Origin: Callorhinchus milii
Lineage: Eukaryota
DNA: 64,000 bases
NCBI RefSeq assembly: GCF_018977255.1
Contig: NW_024704756.1
Span: 17,174,001-17,238,000, forward strand
Direction of reading: 5' to 3'
Part shown: positions 14,701 to 26,930 of the stretch, piece by piece
How positions within the stretch are numbered: the stretch's first letter is position 1
Layout of the letters: each line of letters opens with the position of its first letter
Notes under the pieces: generated by a model
Told to the model about the DNA's origin: nothing
What the model saw: only the letters and a program-made list of their open reading frames with translations
Database searches by the model: none
Position numbers and translations under genes: made by a program

Positions 14701-16149
14701 CCCCCCCCACCCCACGTTGGTGGGCATTCAGCCATTCTGCTCATTCTCTGGAACTCAATCCTGCAGTCCCTCTGCCTTCGCCCCCCCCACCCCATTAAAA
14801 TCTCTGTTAAGAGCAATCTCCTTTCAGTCACTTTCCCCCACTTGTTCAGCCCCCCCCCCCCCCCCCCCCCCAGCTGGGACTGTGTAAAACATTTTGAGAT
14901 GTCCACCCAATGAAAGGGAGCTGCGTGAATGTTAAATTATTGCTTTTGTTGTTAGCAAATTCATCTGAGAGATTGTTAGCCAGGACACAGGGAGAGAGAG
15001 AGAAACTGCCTTCTCTTTTTCCCCCCGAATAGTGTGGCAGGATCTTTAACGTCTGTCCGAACTTGGCACAGACAGGACTTTAAAGACACCTAGTCTGTTG
15101 AGCGGCAGCTCAGTGTGGCTGGCGAGGAGGGAGAAGTCCGAAAGTGTTTGTGAACCAGGAATCCAAGAATTTCCTCTTTGTGCTGATCAGGTTCCAAATG
15201 GGTTTACACAGTTCCCACTCCAGCAACTCCGTGTGACAGGAACCAGCCAGAAACACATACCTAGCAGCAAGTAGGAACCCGCTTGTTAGTCAGTTGGCAG
15301 ATTGCTTTTCGGGGGTAATAATCACTCAAAAAAAAAAACTATTTGGTCACTCAAGCCATGACACTGTATGGAACAATGTTGTGTGCAATTGACTCCCTCG
15401 TTTCAACCACACTTTACAGTATATCCTGTGAAATGCTTTGAAACGTCTTGAGGATGTGATAAGGCACTATATCGGATGCAAGGATTATGCTGCTGCATTT
15501 CACCACAAAATATACAGTCAATTCAGTATGTTCTGTGAAGCGCTTTGTGAGACGTCTCAAAAACGTGATAAGGGGAAGGGGATTAGAGGAGAGAGCTCCA
15601 GTGTGTGGGGGTGGGGGAGAGAGAGTGAGCACGAACACACTGGGTACTGGCTGTAATGTGTGGGATAACCCGCATGTCGCAGCAGCTATCACCTGCAGCA
15701 CAAACTGACAAGGTTAGGTCGCAGTAGATGCAAGACTGCGGAGAAGCAGCGGAGTTTGCCCGCAGTCTCCCCATATATAGTCTCCCCATCAGTAACCCCG
15801 GAAACAAGACAATTAATACAGACAAAAGGCAAAGACACCTTCATTGGAGTCATTGCCATGGACACACACCCCAGGGTGGGGGTGATTAAGAGTCAGTGCC
15901 TCTCTCCCCCCATCCCCCCGACATACACACACACATACCCCAGGGTGGGGGTGATTAAGAGTCGCTGCCCACCCTCGCCCCCTCCTCAGCCTCACCTTTG
16001 ATGGCGTTGATCAGCGCGGAGCCGTCTTTAATGATCTCTTTGATGAATTTGTTGGTTCTCTCCAGTTCCTGTTCATACGATTTGAGGCGCTCTCTGAAAT
16101 CCGGGCTGTCTCGGTAACAGTCACTGAACTCCAGAGGAGGGTGGCCCAT
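207..16149 (-). CDS. OPHN1: Oligophrenin-1 (BAR-PH-RhoGAP, GRAF family), 3'-partial
   Basis: Coding exons in transcript order, all GT-AG and phase-consistent: 15996-16149 ([23 protein letters not shown]), 9859-9954, 8114-8175, 7829-7900, 6094-6195, 5259-5369, 4960-5064, 4560-4689, 4220-4320, 4040-4122 ([16 protein letters not shown]), 3827-3905, 2121-2154, 1964-2026, 1407-1481 ([14 protein letters not shown], RhoGAP arginine finger), 1232-1316, 648-706, 207-312. The MGHPPLEF start and GIYRTVGS favour OPHN1 over ARHGAP26/10/42. The gene continues past position 1. Confidence 0.93.
1573..1957 (+). repeat. 52-54-bp minisatellite array (dispersed family)
   Basis: About 7 copies of CCACACTCCCAGGTCAGGGTTAGAGACACAGTAAAGCTCCTCTACACTGTGYGT. 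Confidence 0.92.
3555..3800. repeat. Compound GA/GT microsatellite
   Basis: Repeats of TTTGGGGAGAGAGTGTGTG. Confidence 0.85.
5390..6055. repeat. (CA)n-based minisatellite with GTGACCCTAAA spacers
   Basis: Directly visible periodic unit. Confidence 0.9.
6480..6812. repeat. (GT)n/(GC)n alternating purine-pyrimidine tract
   Basis: Repeats of GTGTGTGCGCGCGTCC. Confidence 0.85.
7037..7340. other. Assembly gap
   Basis: Run of N. Confidence 1.
8213..8348. other. Assembly gap
   Basis: Run of N. Confidence 1.
8735..9780. repeat. ~32-bp minisatellite, ~1 kb
   Basis: Unit CAGCCCGGGGCCCAGTCACACACATACACACA, about 30 copies. Confidence 0.93.
10130..10345 (-). repeat. 54-bp minisatellite array (same family, inverted)
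   Basis: About 4 reverse-complement copies. Confidence 0.9.
13030..13385 (-). mobile_element. Deu-domain SINE (SacSINE1/AmnSINE-like), diverged
   Basis: On the - strand, a tRNA-like head (TGGCTCAGTG..GAGTCAGAAGGTTGTGGATTCAAGTCCC) is followed by GGAGGCACCATCCTTTGGATGAGGCGTTAACC..GGTGTCCTGGCCGACAAT, resembling the Deu domain. Other fragments lie at ~810-1050, 14950-15070, 27240-27480, 39060-39180, 44095-44480 and 46510-46610. Confidence 0.7.
14020..14260 (-). repeat. 54-bp minisatellite array (same family, variant)
   Basis: About 4 copies of CAGTGTAGAGGGGGCTTTACTGTGTCTCTAACCCTGACCTGGGTGTGTGG. Confidence 0.85.
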
Positions 16150-16171
16150 GGCGGCGGCGCCCAGACCCCAG

Positions 16172-17100
16172 CACCCCCTCTCTCTCTGCCCCCCCCCTCT
16201 CTTTCTCTCTCTCTGCCCCCCCTCTCTCTCTCTCGCTCTCTCTACCCCCCCCTCCCTCTGCCCCCCCTCTCTCTCTGCCCCCCCTCTCTCTGCCCCCCCT
16301 CTCTCTCTGCCCCCCCCTCTCTCTGCCCCCCCTCTCTCTGCCCCCTCTCTCTCTCTCTCTCTCTGCCCCCCCTCCCTCTGCCCCCCCTCTCTCTCTGCCC
16401 CCCCTCTCTGCCCCCCCCTCTCTCTCTCTCTCTCTCTGCCCCCCCTCTCTCTGCCCCCCCTCTCTCTGCCCCCCCCTCTCTGCCCCCCCCCCCCCTCTCT
16501 GCCCCTCTGCCCTCTCGGGGTCCCGCTCACTGGCACTGTGTTACCAGCTGCTGAATACAATGTATCCGCTCCTCTCTCTCATCGCTATTCCTCTCCTCTC
16601 TTCCCTCTCTCTCTCTCTCTATCGCTATCACACTCCGTCTCTCTCCCTCCTTTTCTGTCTCTCGCACTCCTTCTCTCCCGCTCTCCTGTCTCGCTCTCTA
16701 TCTCTCTCTCTTCGTCACTCCTTCTCTCTATCCCTCCCTCCCGTGTCTCACTCCTTCTCTCTATCCCTCCCTCCCCGTGTCTCACTCCTTCTCTCTATCC
16801 CTCCCTCCCGTGTCTCACTCCTCTCTCTCCCTCCCTCCCGTGTCTCACTCCTTCTCTCCCTCCCTCCCGTGTCTCACTCCTTCTCTCCCTCCCTCCCGTG
16901 TCTCACTCCTTCTCTCTATCCCTCCCCGTGTCTCACTCCTCTCTATCCCTCCCCGTGTCTCACTCCTTCTCTCTATCCCTCCCTCCCCGTGTCTCACTCC
17001 TTCTCTCTATCCCTCCCCGTGTCTCACTCCTTCTCTCTATCCCTCCCCGTGTCTCACTCCTTCTCTCCCTCCCTCCGGTGTCTCACTCCCCTCTATCACT
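16172..17100. repeat. Polypyrimidine/polypurine repeat block upstream of the OPHN1 ATG
   Basis: (CCCCCCTCTCTCTG)n at 16172-16515 and (CCCGTGTCTCACTCCTTCTCTCTATCCCTC)n at ~16700-17100. Confidence 0.9.
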
Positions 17101-17139
17101 CTCCCACTTGCTCCCGGTTCTCTGTCCCTCTCTCTGGGT

Positions 17140-17460
17140 CACCGCTGCGCATGTGCCGACACTGGCCAGCCAGGGGGCGGGGCTAGTCGCTGTGGCCCCG
17201 CCTCACGTCCACAGATCCTGGGCGCTGATTGGTCCGGCGTGGGCGACGCGGAGGCGGGAGCCAGAGCGTGTGGCCCGCCCCCTCTCACTGATTGGCTGCC
17301 CGGACTGTCACTCCCTCCCCTTCCGGAACTGAGGTGCCAGCTGTGGTGGGCGGGGCCCCGGAGGATGGCCTCCAGCTGCTGCCGGACATGTCCGTCCTCT
17401 GTCACACTCAGGCCGCTGCCCTGCGTGACGGCCGCCCCGTGAGCGCCACTCGCCGCGGTC
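17140..17460 (-). promoter_or_regulatory. Probable OPHN1 promoter / CpG-rich region
   Basis: CpG-rich. CCAAT boxes on the - strand (ATTGG at 17228 and 17291), GC boxes at ~17175 and ~17348, and an NRF1-like TGCGCATGTGC at ~17146, about 1 kb upstream of the OPHN1 ATG. Confidence 0.6.
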
Positions 17461-20184
17461 GCAGGGTCTCACCGCCTCGGGAGGACGTCTCCGAGCGCTT
17501 CACACCAGTCTCCGTGAAGTGGAGTGACTGTGTGTTTTGTAGGCGAATGTGGTCGACGTCTCGCACACGTGACGGGCGCTATAGCAAATGCAAGGATTAT
17601 TGTATGTTACACAGCAACATTCCCAACCGAGAGAGTGGCGGGTGGGGTGGGGGGGGACAGAGGGGTGTCGTCATCCTCACTGTAAAAATGTTCCAGTAGT
17701 ATGTTTTTTTTCCACTGAATACATGTCGCAGTCCTCACCTGTCATGTTAGTTGCATGTGTGTGTGTGTGCGCTGTGTGAGTGCAGTATGTTTAAAGACAT
17801 AGTTTTTTTTTCCTGTTGCAACTGGTTCTAATTCGATCAGAGCAAAAGACAAAACGTCCGTGTGTTTTGAAAAGAGTGCACTACTCAATTCTAACCCAGA
17901 TAGTCAGCGATAAACAGCCAGAAACAGTATCTCAACCATGCCAATAGGACATGATTAAAAATACTGACACATCCTTGAAAATAAACACAGATTTACTTTA
18001 CAGCCTCAACATTGCTCAATGCCAAGATCCACGTGATGGTTTGGCTTTGTTCCACTGCTTTGGGCTCCCTCAAATCAAGAGTTTCTGCATTCTTTATTTC
18101 CCCCCCCCCCCCCAAGATGGATTCACAAGCAATCGCAGTCCCCTATCCCATATTTGGCTCTGCGCCACAGTAACATCTGTCAGGGGTGCAGGCAGAAAGC
18201 AAATCCTTGATCCTCTCATTAACCGAGGAGCAGAAACAGCAGCTCTTAGATAATAATCCTTGCATTTGATATCATGCTTTCAAGACATCTCAAAGCACTT
18301 CATAGGATAAACTAAATTGTCTGTATTTTGTAGACATTTATTTATGAAAACAAGGGAGTCAATTCTTTACTTCATGGGAAAGGTTGATCTGGATGTTCCT
18401 GCACATCTGTCCACAGCAGCAGCTTCCTGCCAGCTGATGGGAATGTGTTCCTCTTGGTTAACCCTTTAAATGCTGAGATGGTCCTTTTTTTCAGTTTAGG
18501 TCACCAAATTGAAAAGATGGCCCAATCTAAGGTCTCCTCCACAGCCCTGGTTAGAAACACAGTGGCCAGAGCTACAACAACAACTTGCATTTATATAGCA
18601 ACCTTCACGCAGGGTATCATCCCAGAGCTCCACAGTGTGGCCCCACCAACACACTCAGAGAGCCTTAGTGCCTGTGGCTTGCCAGTGGATTAGACTGCAT
18701 TCCAACAGGCAGTGACTCCATCTATTGGTGATGCCCTAAACTTCTTCCTGCAAATAAGAGAAATTCAGGCTGCATCCATCACACTTTAGTGTGCACATTC
18801 CTCCAACAACAACAACAACAACAAGATTCCATTTGTAGAGCGCCTTTCACGTCAGGAGGACGTCCCAAGGCGCTCCAACCCTTCCCCCTATAGGGTGGCA
18901 CCTCATGCTGGCTACCACCAGCCTCAGGCTTCCCTGTGTGAGCCCCAAACTACAATTGTGCTGGGAATGGAGGGCATACCCAAGAACCAATATAGTGTAC
19001 TCCACCAGGGGCACTGCAATTCATCCGTTTCCCTACACCATGAGGGAAAGTTCCTGCAGGACCTGCTCCATTAACCTCAGCACAAAAACAAACTATTAAA
19101 CCCAGTAACAGTTCAAGGCAACAATGGACAATTGGTCCATCAAGCAACTCAGCCAACCTCAACTGTGTCAATGAGCACAGTGTTACACTGGAAACAAGCA
19201 AACCTGGTTCCTGCAATCAAGAACAACCACACCCTTTGCCTTCAGACCTCAAACCTCTGGAAAACTACAGAACAATTGATCCAAAGAGAATGTATGACAA
19301 TAATGAGACAATACACCTTCTGCAGCTCAATCTCGCCCAACCAGCCCAGGTGGGCAAAGGCCAACACTTCTCCAGATGGGAGGAAGGATAAAACATTACA
19401 GAGGAAAAAACAAACTTTATTTCTTTATAACACACTTTTTGCACATTGCTTCAATTACAGTTATATTACTGGATCAATGACTGAGCATCAACGGTGATTA
19501 AGGTGGCAAAACCTCCTGTACAAAAGTGACCATTTTACAAGGATTTAGAATAAACCCTAATAGATCAGACAATGGCAGCCAGCAATCCCCCACACCCCCT
19601 AGAATTTATTCTCACACACACACACGTAACTCAGAAGCTGCAGACCACTCATGAGATATTGTTCCAGAAACAGACAGTGATTAGATAGAAGATTAACACG
19701 ACAAAGTGGGGCAGTTCTCATGCCTCAAGCTGCGGAAGCTTTGTCACAAAATTGAACTACAGGAGTCAGGAAATTCCCAATAAAATTCTGAAAAGAACCA
19801 GAGATGTGTCTGCAGGGAACGGTGTGGTTCCAGACTCCAGGTCGGCAGCTTTTACTCCTGTCCAACACAAAACATAGCAGGATCTCAGGGTTACAATCAA
19901 TACGGGATGACAGCACCCATAAGATGGAATAGGAGCCACAGCAAGACTCCATCCTTCTTGCCTTTTGTTGTACTCATTAACAGCCAAGTCACACACATAC
20001 ATCACTTGTAAATAAATCCCCACAGTGACACCAAGAGATGGCAGAGATTAGGTCCCTGGTCTGCACACTTGGACACCAAGTCCTCATCCTCAACACAAGC
20101 TCACAGAGCCTCCCCCAAGGCTGATTTTGTGCTTGTATTGAATATTTGGCTTCAGATTATCCAAGATCTCCCTGAACCTTCTCA

Positions 20185-23100
20185 CTAGTGTGAACATTCC
20201 ACCCGCCCACAAACAAGCACACGTGACAGGCATTGTGAGGGACAGGGAGTACATGTACATACTTTGACCTTTGGCTTTGCACCAACGAGGCTTTCTGCCT
20301 TTGCCGCCAACCTCACATCACTTGATCTCCTTCCAGGCGGCATCTCTCCTGCAACACAAAAAACAATGTTAGTAGACAGAGGAGTGTGTGGGTGCGATAA
20401 AGCTTGCGAGGCGAGTGCTCTAACCACTGAGCTGCAGGACTGCACGGTCAGAAACACACAATTTACTACAGAACAAGACTGAGCTGAGGTCATGAGGTCA
20501 GCATGGATCCTGAGACAAATAACCCAATATATTTCATTAACTACATTAATCACATTCCGATCATTGGAAGCTAGGACCTCTCTCAAACTCTACCCTGGAA
20601 AGCAAGCTGAGGTGAGCATAGATTTGTGCTCACTGGTGCTTTGGGTTGGACACCGTTGGTCTTTATTAAATACATTCACCTTTCCTTATTTAAAAAGAAA
20701 GCTTTCTTGGCAAGAGACCCAGTGAAAAACATGCAAACTAGCATCAGGCAACATATATCTCATACCAGCCATCTTAAATCTCTTTGGCAAGGAATCCAGT
20801 CTTCCCTGCAGCAAGGTGGTGCTTGGGCGCTTCTTCCTAGTCGCCAGCATGTTTGAGGCGATTCCCTCAGCCTTCTGGACACTTCTGCTGCCAGCTGGAT
20901 CACCAATACCTGGACAAGATGAATTTATCAGCAGGCTGTGCTTGGTGGGGGGGGATCACACTAATTGGAGGTAGTTGTAATTCCCTGACATAGGAGTGAA
21001 CAAACACTGGCTCTGAATCCTCTACACTGGAACGGGAAGACAAGCAGGGTTACCATGATGGAAGGATGAGATCAAACAACATTACATTTGTATAGCGCCT
21101 TTCATGTTGGGAGGACGTCCCAAGGTGCTGAACAGGCCAAAAGAAACCTGAAACCTGGTGAGCTACATGGCTTTAGCTGGTTATTCTTCATCAGTTACCT
21201 CAACATGCTCTCTGGGGTCCCAAACCTCAGCACTCGCCAACCTGTGCTTAACACTTTCCAGAATTATGCATTCTCTATCTCAAGAGAGAGAATGCATATC
21301 CCATTCCAAAGGCAGGGAAATTTCACCACAAAATACAGTCCATTGACTTTACAGTACATTGTGTGAAGTGCTTTGAGACCTCTCAAAGATGTGATAAGGC
21401 ACTATATCAAATGCAAGGATTATTATTATAAATTTCCATGTGTAGGCCCCACTGACTGATTTGAACACTCAACAGTGATGGGTTTTCACACATGTTGGCC
21501 ATTTTGTGCCTCCCGCCCCCATCAAGAATACAAATCTCCTTCAGGAGATATCCAGCCATCTCCTGAAGGTTACAGCAGCTTTCTATGAATTCAGGTTATA
21601 AAGAGCTGAGGTTACCCAAGTGACCATGTCCAGCTGGTTTGGCTCCAGCTCCGTTATTTTGTTGATTGGATCCATTCTGAGATCTTTGTGAAGACCAGTT
21701 TCTAGTTCCAGGAAGATTCCAGGCAGTTTTACTGGGAACTTGGCCAAGAGCAGCCTTGTGAGGCAGCTGAAAGAGAATCATTAAAGCGAACGACAACTCA
21801 GGACGGCGAATGAAATAAGACAAAGACTATTTCACCTTCTCAAAGGAAACTTCTGCAAGTTTCCTTACTCCACACACACCTCTGTTTACCTAGCAGTAAG
21901 TTGGAATTTGCTTGTTAGTTGATTGGCAGATCATTTTCTGGGGGTAATAATCCCTTGAAAAAAAATTCATGGATCCCTCAATCCACAACGGTGTGGGACA
22001 ATGCTGTATGCAATTGGCTGCCGCATTTTGCCCATAATACAGTCAATTCACCTGTGAAGGGGCTGGAATGAGGAGTAGGCATATCCTATGATGCGCTTTG
22101 AGACATCACAAGGACATAAGATGCTATATCAAATGCAAGGCTTATTATTATTATGGATTGCTCCTCCTGCTCTGACCTGACAGAGTGGCAAGGTAGGACA
22201 TTCCAGAGGGCGGCAGCGAACCACAGAGTGGCCCAGACAGAAGGATGATGGAATTCGCTCTCTGAAGACCACTGGTTGGGTTTTTACTACAATCCGCCAG
22301 TTTGGCAATTCCGACCCAAGTTCAAATGACCAAATTATTTGCAAATCAAATTGCTCAGTCCCAAGGCAGGATTCCATCCCAGTAACACCAGCACCGCACA
22401 CAGAGACCAGTCACCAAGTACAAACCCGATTGGATTTTGGTTCACACGGCCCCAGAGGACAACGTCGGCCTCCACCTCTCCAGCGGGGGTTTGGTCTGAC
22501 TTCCTCCTCCCTCGTGTTCCTCCTGGTTCTGGGTCCTGCAACTAGATAGCCGTTGGGCAACATAGAGGGACGTTCAATACAACTGCTCACACTCGGTAGC
22601 GCCAGTCACACAGAACCATCTGCTCAGACCTTTTCTATAGGTTCATTTCTAATGCTCGGCACCTACACAATTTAAGCTGTTGCTCCGCTGGCTTCACCTC
22701 CAGTCCTTTGGTTTCTTGTAGGACAGGCAGAGCCGGAAGAGGCTGTGACAACCTACTCCTCATCCCTTTACCAGCATCTCTAGCCGGAGGGCGTTGGGTT
22801 GCAGCCCTGGGAGGATCAGCAACAGAACGGCGCATCTGGGGACAACACAGCAGTCGTGAAATTCACTCAGGACACAAAGGGTTTGGACCCGAGCCGGTGG
22901 TTGGGATCAGGAGGGGGTGGAGGGTGGGGGTCGGAGGGTGACTGAAGGAGTGGTCAAATCCCCTTTAATCTATAGATCACACGGAATAGTCAGCCACAGT
23001 CTCTGTAGAACACTTAAGTGATATTGCTTCAGCTCGTGGAATCCACATCAGCTGAAGACCCGCAGGACAACGGACAATTCCACAGACTATAGCCAGTCAC

Positions 23101-26100
23101 TACAACAGGCCTGTTATGATGGGGGGGAAGAGAAAGGGACAAACCTACATTTTCTAACAGATTTTAAGGAGTAAAAAAAAATACAAAGTTGAGTAACAGG
23201 AAATAGTTACAAAGCACAGCCATTCCCTTACCTCTGCTCCACCACTATTATTCGCCTTACACCCCAGGGCATTTGCTGAGGAGACTCTAGGCTTTGGGAG
23301 ACCATGGTTTTTCTTCAGGGGGATTCCCGTTCCCACAAGGGCACGGGCCGGTCTGCTCAGAGCAAGAGTAGACGTCTGTCCTACAGGCTTCACGGGAAAA
23401 GGGGGCATTTTCCTCCTGGCTCCTGAATGGTTGGCGACAGGGTTTGAGACGTCCACAGTTTCAACTTTGAGCTGTTGGGAGGCCTCGGGTTCACTGGCAG
23501 CTTTGTCACTGCTTTTGGTTTCAAGGACAGCAGTGCTGGAGCCTCCACAGACTCGCTCCTTGGCTGCACTTGCTTCAGTGGCGTTCCCCATCAGTATCAT
23601 CATCAGGTCCGAGGAGGAGGTGTGGAATCTGCTGCTAAATGAGCATGTGCCGAGGCTCCCCGCCTTGGTCCTCAGTAGTGGAGTCGATGCGCGGCAGGGA
23701 AACCATTCCAAGTCGTTGTGAAGCAAGTTTCCTTCACTCTCGAAGAAATCCAGTCCTTGATGGAGTGAGAGCTCCCACTCCACCGCCCCCACCCCTCTGG
23801 CTTCTTCACGCTGTTCCACCGAATGGGTCAGGTCACCGACACGACCTGGCGCCGGGTCTGAAGCTCTCCCTGGACTTGGCTCTCCCTCGCTCCGCGTCTG
23901 TCCTGGGCATTCCAGGACCTTCTCATGCACTGGACCTTGGCCGGAGCTCAGCGGCTTGGTTTCATTTAATTGAATCACGTTTTCAATGTCGAGCTTGAAA
24001 CAGGGCAAAGAGCAAACTACTGTGAGGTCTCTATCGGCCAAACCACTGTCACCACTGAGCTCAGGTGGGTGGCTCTCTGCCTTCGGGTCAGTCAACTGTA
24101 GGAGAGGCTTCAGGTCAACTTCTTCAGGCTCCATAAAAGAGCAGGTGGGCAATGTCTCATTGTCTATGTATGAGCAGAGCCTGACGTGGCCTGGACTCGG
24201 GACAGTTACTGGGCTTTTAGAGGCTTCCTCCCTTTGCACAGTCAGTCCCCCAACTATTGTCATACACTCTTCAGCACTGAGGCTCGTGAAGAAAGGACAA
24301 TTTAAGCTAATACGCTCTGCAAGTGGCTTGATGGCTGGATGCAGAGGGCTCGGAGGTGAGGTCAGAGTGGATAAGCCGAGGCTTTGGGGGAAAACTTTGG
24401 CTTCCAACAGGAGTGAAGTCTCGTCCTCGGCAGGAGGTCCAGCAGTCACCGTGACCGCCAGGCTGAGCTCGGTGGGTGTCCAGCCGGGGATGGTGATGGG
24501 AAGAGCTGGGCTAGAATTGCCGTCAGTGAGCTCCGGGGCCACAGGAGACAAGTCGCAGCTTATGGCTTTATGTACCATCCGCTTGGGCACAGCCGCGGGG
24601 GAGGCACTCTCCCGCTTGGGCACAGCCGCGGGGGAGGCACTCTCCCGCTTGGGCACAGCCGCGGGGGAGGCACTCTCCCGCTTGGGCACAGCCGCGGGGG
24701 AGGCACTCCCACAGGCACTGCCCTTTCTGCCTCCAACACCAGACTCTGGACTTCCAAACAATGCACTGTACTTTTCATTCAGTTTCCTAAATCTATTCCT
24801 CAGCTCCTCCAGCGCCAGTGTCAGGGCTAAGCGATTGGCTTTCTCCATCTCCGAGTGGATGCTGCAGTGTTCGCCCTCCGCTGCCTCTCCCCCCGCCGCC
24901 CCGGGCTGTGCCTCCCGGGGACCCGGCGGGAGCCGTCTGCTCTCACTCGCTTCAGCCGAGCAGCACTGCTGGGATTCCGCGGCGATGGGCGAACGTTTCA
25001 CTATCACCGCATCGCTTTGCGGTGTAGCCCCACAGCCGTGACCTCCAGCTCTGCCCTCAGTGCCCAGAGGACCATCCCCTCGGAGCCACTCGGGGCCGCG
25101 AACGCTCCCACTCGCACTGTCCAGCACCGGTCCCACACACACGAGGCTGAACGAGGCGCTGCTGAATCTCCTGCGTTTGGCGATGGCCCCATAGACCGGA
25201 ATTGGGGGTTGCAATGAGGTCAGGGAATTGCTATAAAGGAACAGTTTGGTGAACCCAGTCCTCGGGAGCTCCAGCAGATCTCGGACCTGCACGTCTTGAC
25301 GGCCATCCCCAATACTGGTGCGATTGGCAGTCGTCACGGGGGTAGGAAGACCGTCCCGGGCAGAGCAGCTGAGCCTCACCCCCTCACCCTGAAATGATAA
25401 AACGGTACATTTAACGCAGGAGCTCGAAACAGCCGCGATCGGTCACCGTTTGCACATCACACTTCACACTGTCAAACGATCACAGGTCCTGTCATTCAGA
25501 TCACAAGCGCTCCCCCTCCCGCAGCACTTCCATTACAGGACCAATCACCTCCAACTCAAGTCCATCAACAAAGCGAGTTGATAGCACACACGTCTATTCA
25601 GTCCTTAGTATCTGGACTGGTGCTCGTTTCCCCACTGAACCGCTCTAATCCCATTCCATGCGCTCTCCTTTTTCCTGCTTTTTTAAAAAAAAATGGTGCT
25701 ATCTCCCCACATTTTGGTAGAGAGGGAAATTCAATTGAGAGTGGGCTGGAGTCCAGTCTGGCTGGTCTGTGAGTACACCAGGCGCAATGTAAGAACACAA
25801 GTTCTCCCACCTCCTGCATCAGGTTTGTCACAGTGAACAACCACAAAAATCACATTTGTATAGCGCCTTTCACGTCGGGGGGACATCCCAAGGCACTGGG
25901 AAGTTATTTGTACAAAATTCCAACACATCTCAAAGCTCCGTTTTACCGAGTATCAGCTGCAACTAATAACAGTCTCCGCAGTGGCGTTGGGCAAAGCAAA
26001 AAGGATTACGTTTTCGTTCGGTTTTTGAAGGAGATCAGCTCCTAATATAATCAAGTACAATGTCTGATCACTGTACTCTCCTCACTGGAGCCCTGTAATA

Positions 26101-26248
26101 CAGAGCACAAGACCACGACGCACTTACAAGATTATAAAACAGCCGCGAGCAGTAGCAATGAGACAGTTAGCAAATCACTAGTTTACATGAACCGCTGATA
26201 CCGAGATTACAAAAAAAGCCACAAATCCAGACTCACACATTGATCCAT
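20185..26248 (-). CDS. Uncharacterised protein 'gene A' (~930 aa, mostly disordered, short coiled coil); paralogue of gene B
   Basis: ATG at 26248 with an in-frame TAG upstream, in exon 26237-26280 (MDQC). Then a 2157-bp open exon 23232-25388, followed by 22772-22835, 22426-22535, 21616-21766, 20766-20909 and a last exon from 20348 (either read through to TAG at 20185-20187 or spliced at 20263). Phases are consistent. The two 22-kb exons and the C-terminus are less certain. Confidence 0.72.
24580..24711 (-). repeat. Coding 33-bp tandem repeat (SASPAAVPKRE x4) in gene A
   Basis: Four near-identical in-frame copies of CGCTTGGGCACAGCCGCGGGGGAGGCACTCTCC. Confidence 0.9.
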
Positions 26249-26744
26249 AATAGTCCAAGCTGCCAACTATCTCTTCAGCCCTGAAACAAACAAATACAAT
26301 TAAATCAGCTATGTACACAGTACCACCATATCACACTCATTTCATGAACCGAACCACAGAATGCTTACACAGGCACAAAGTCCCAGGAGTTTTAGACAAA
26401 GAGGATATGTTAAATTTCAGCTCCCTATATTAATATATTTATAAAAAAGTCATCAAACACAATCATTAAATCAAATTGCTTAACTTCATTTCACTGTAAA
26501 GTTAAAAGCGACTTCTTAAAGCCTGGGAAGAAACAACTTAAATAAAAAAACTCCAGCTGGTATTCCTTCCAAAGCAGGTGAATACAATAAAATGCTTTGA
26601 GAAGCTGTAGAGCATTTTAAAGGCAGAGACCTCGTGCTGATTAATAATATTAGTTAATGTTCATTGTAAGCACCTGGTCTAACTTGTAGTTCAACCCCAA
26701 CCAACTGAAAGCAGTTATTATTATTATTGTCAACTACATACATT

Positions 26745-26930
26745 TGCTGTCCATATTAACCTCTCTGCTTCCTCTGCCAGCCCATCCTACCATCAGTGGT
26801 AGGGCCTCCAGCCTCTCTGCCCCCACCCTTTGGAACTCCATTCCTACAGTGCCTTCACCTCGCCCCGTTCCTTACCTCCTTCAAGGCTGGTCTCAAGATC
26901 CTCCTCTACAATCACACCTTCGGTTACTCT
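26745..26930 (+). mobile_element. L2-like LINE ORF2 3' remnant
   Basis: Translates ..TISGRASSLSAPTLWNSIP..SFKAGLKILLY, typical of the L2 ORF2 C-terminus. A related fragment lies at ~59590-59700. Confidence 0.55.

Noticed and set aside
16148-17332. 394-aa Pro/Leu/Ser ORF on +
   Set aside because: Polypyrimidine repeat antisense to the OPHN1 5' region.
22663-22714. Possible small exon ETKGLEVKPAEQQLKLC in gene A
   Set aside because: It needs a 57-nt intron and leads to a stop in the next exon; left out, but not excluded as an alternative form.
23986-25041. 351-aa ORF on +
   Set aside because: Antisense shadow of gene A's large exon; no independent splice or motif support.
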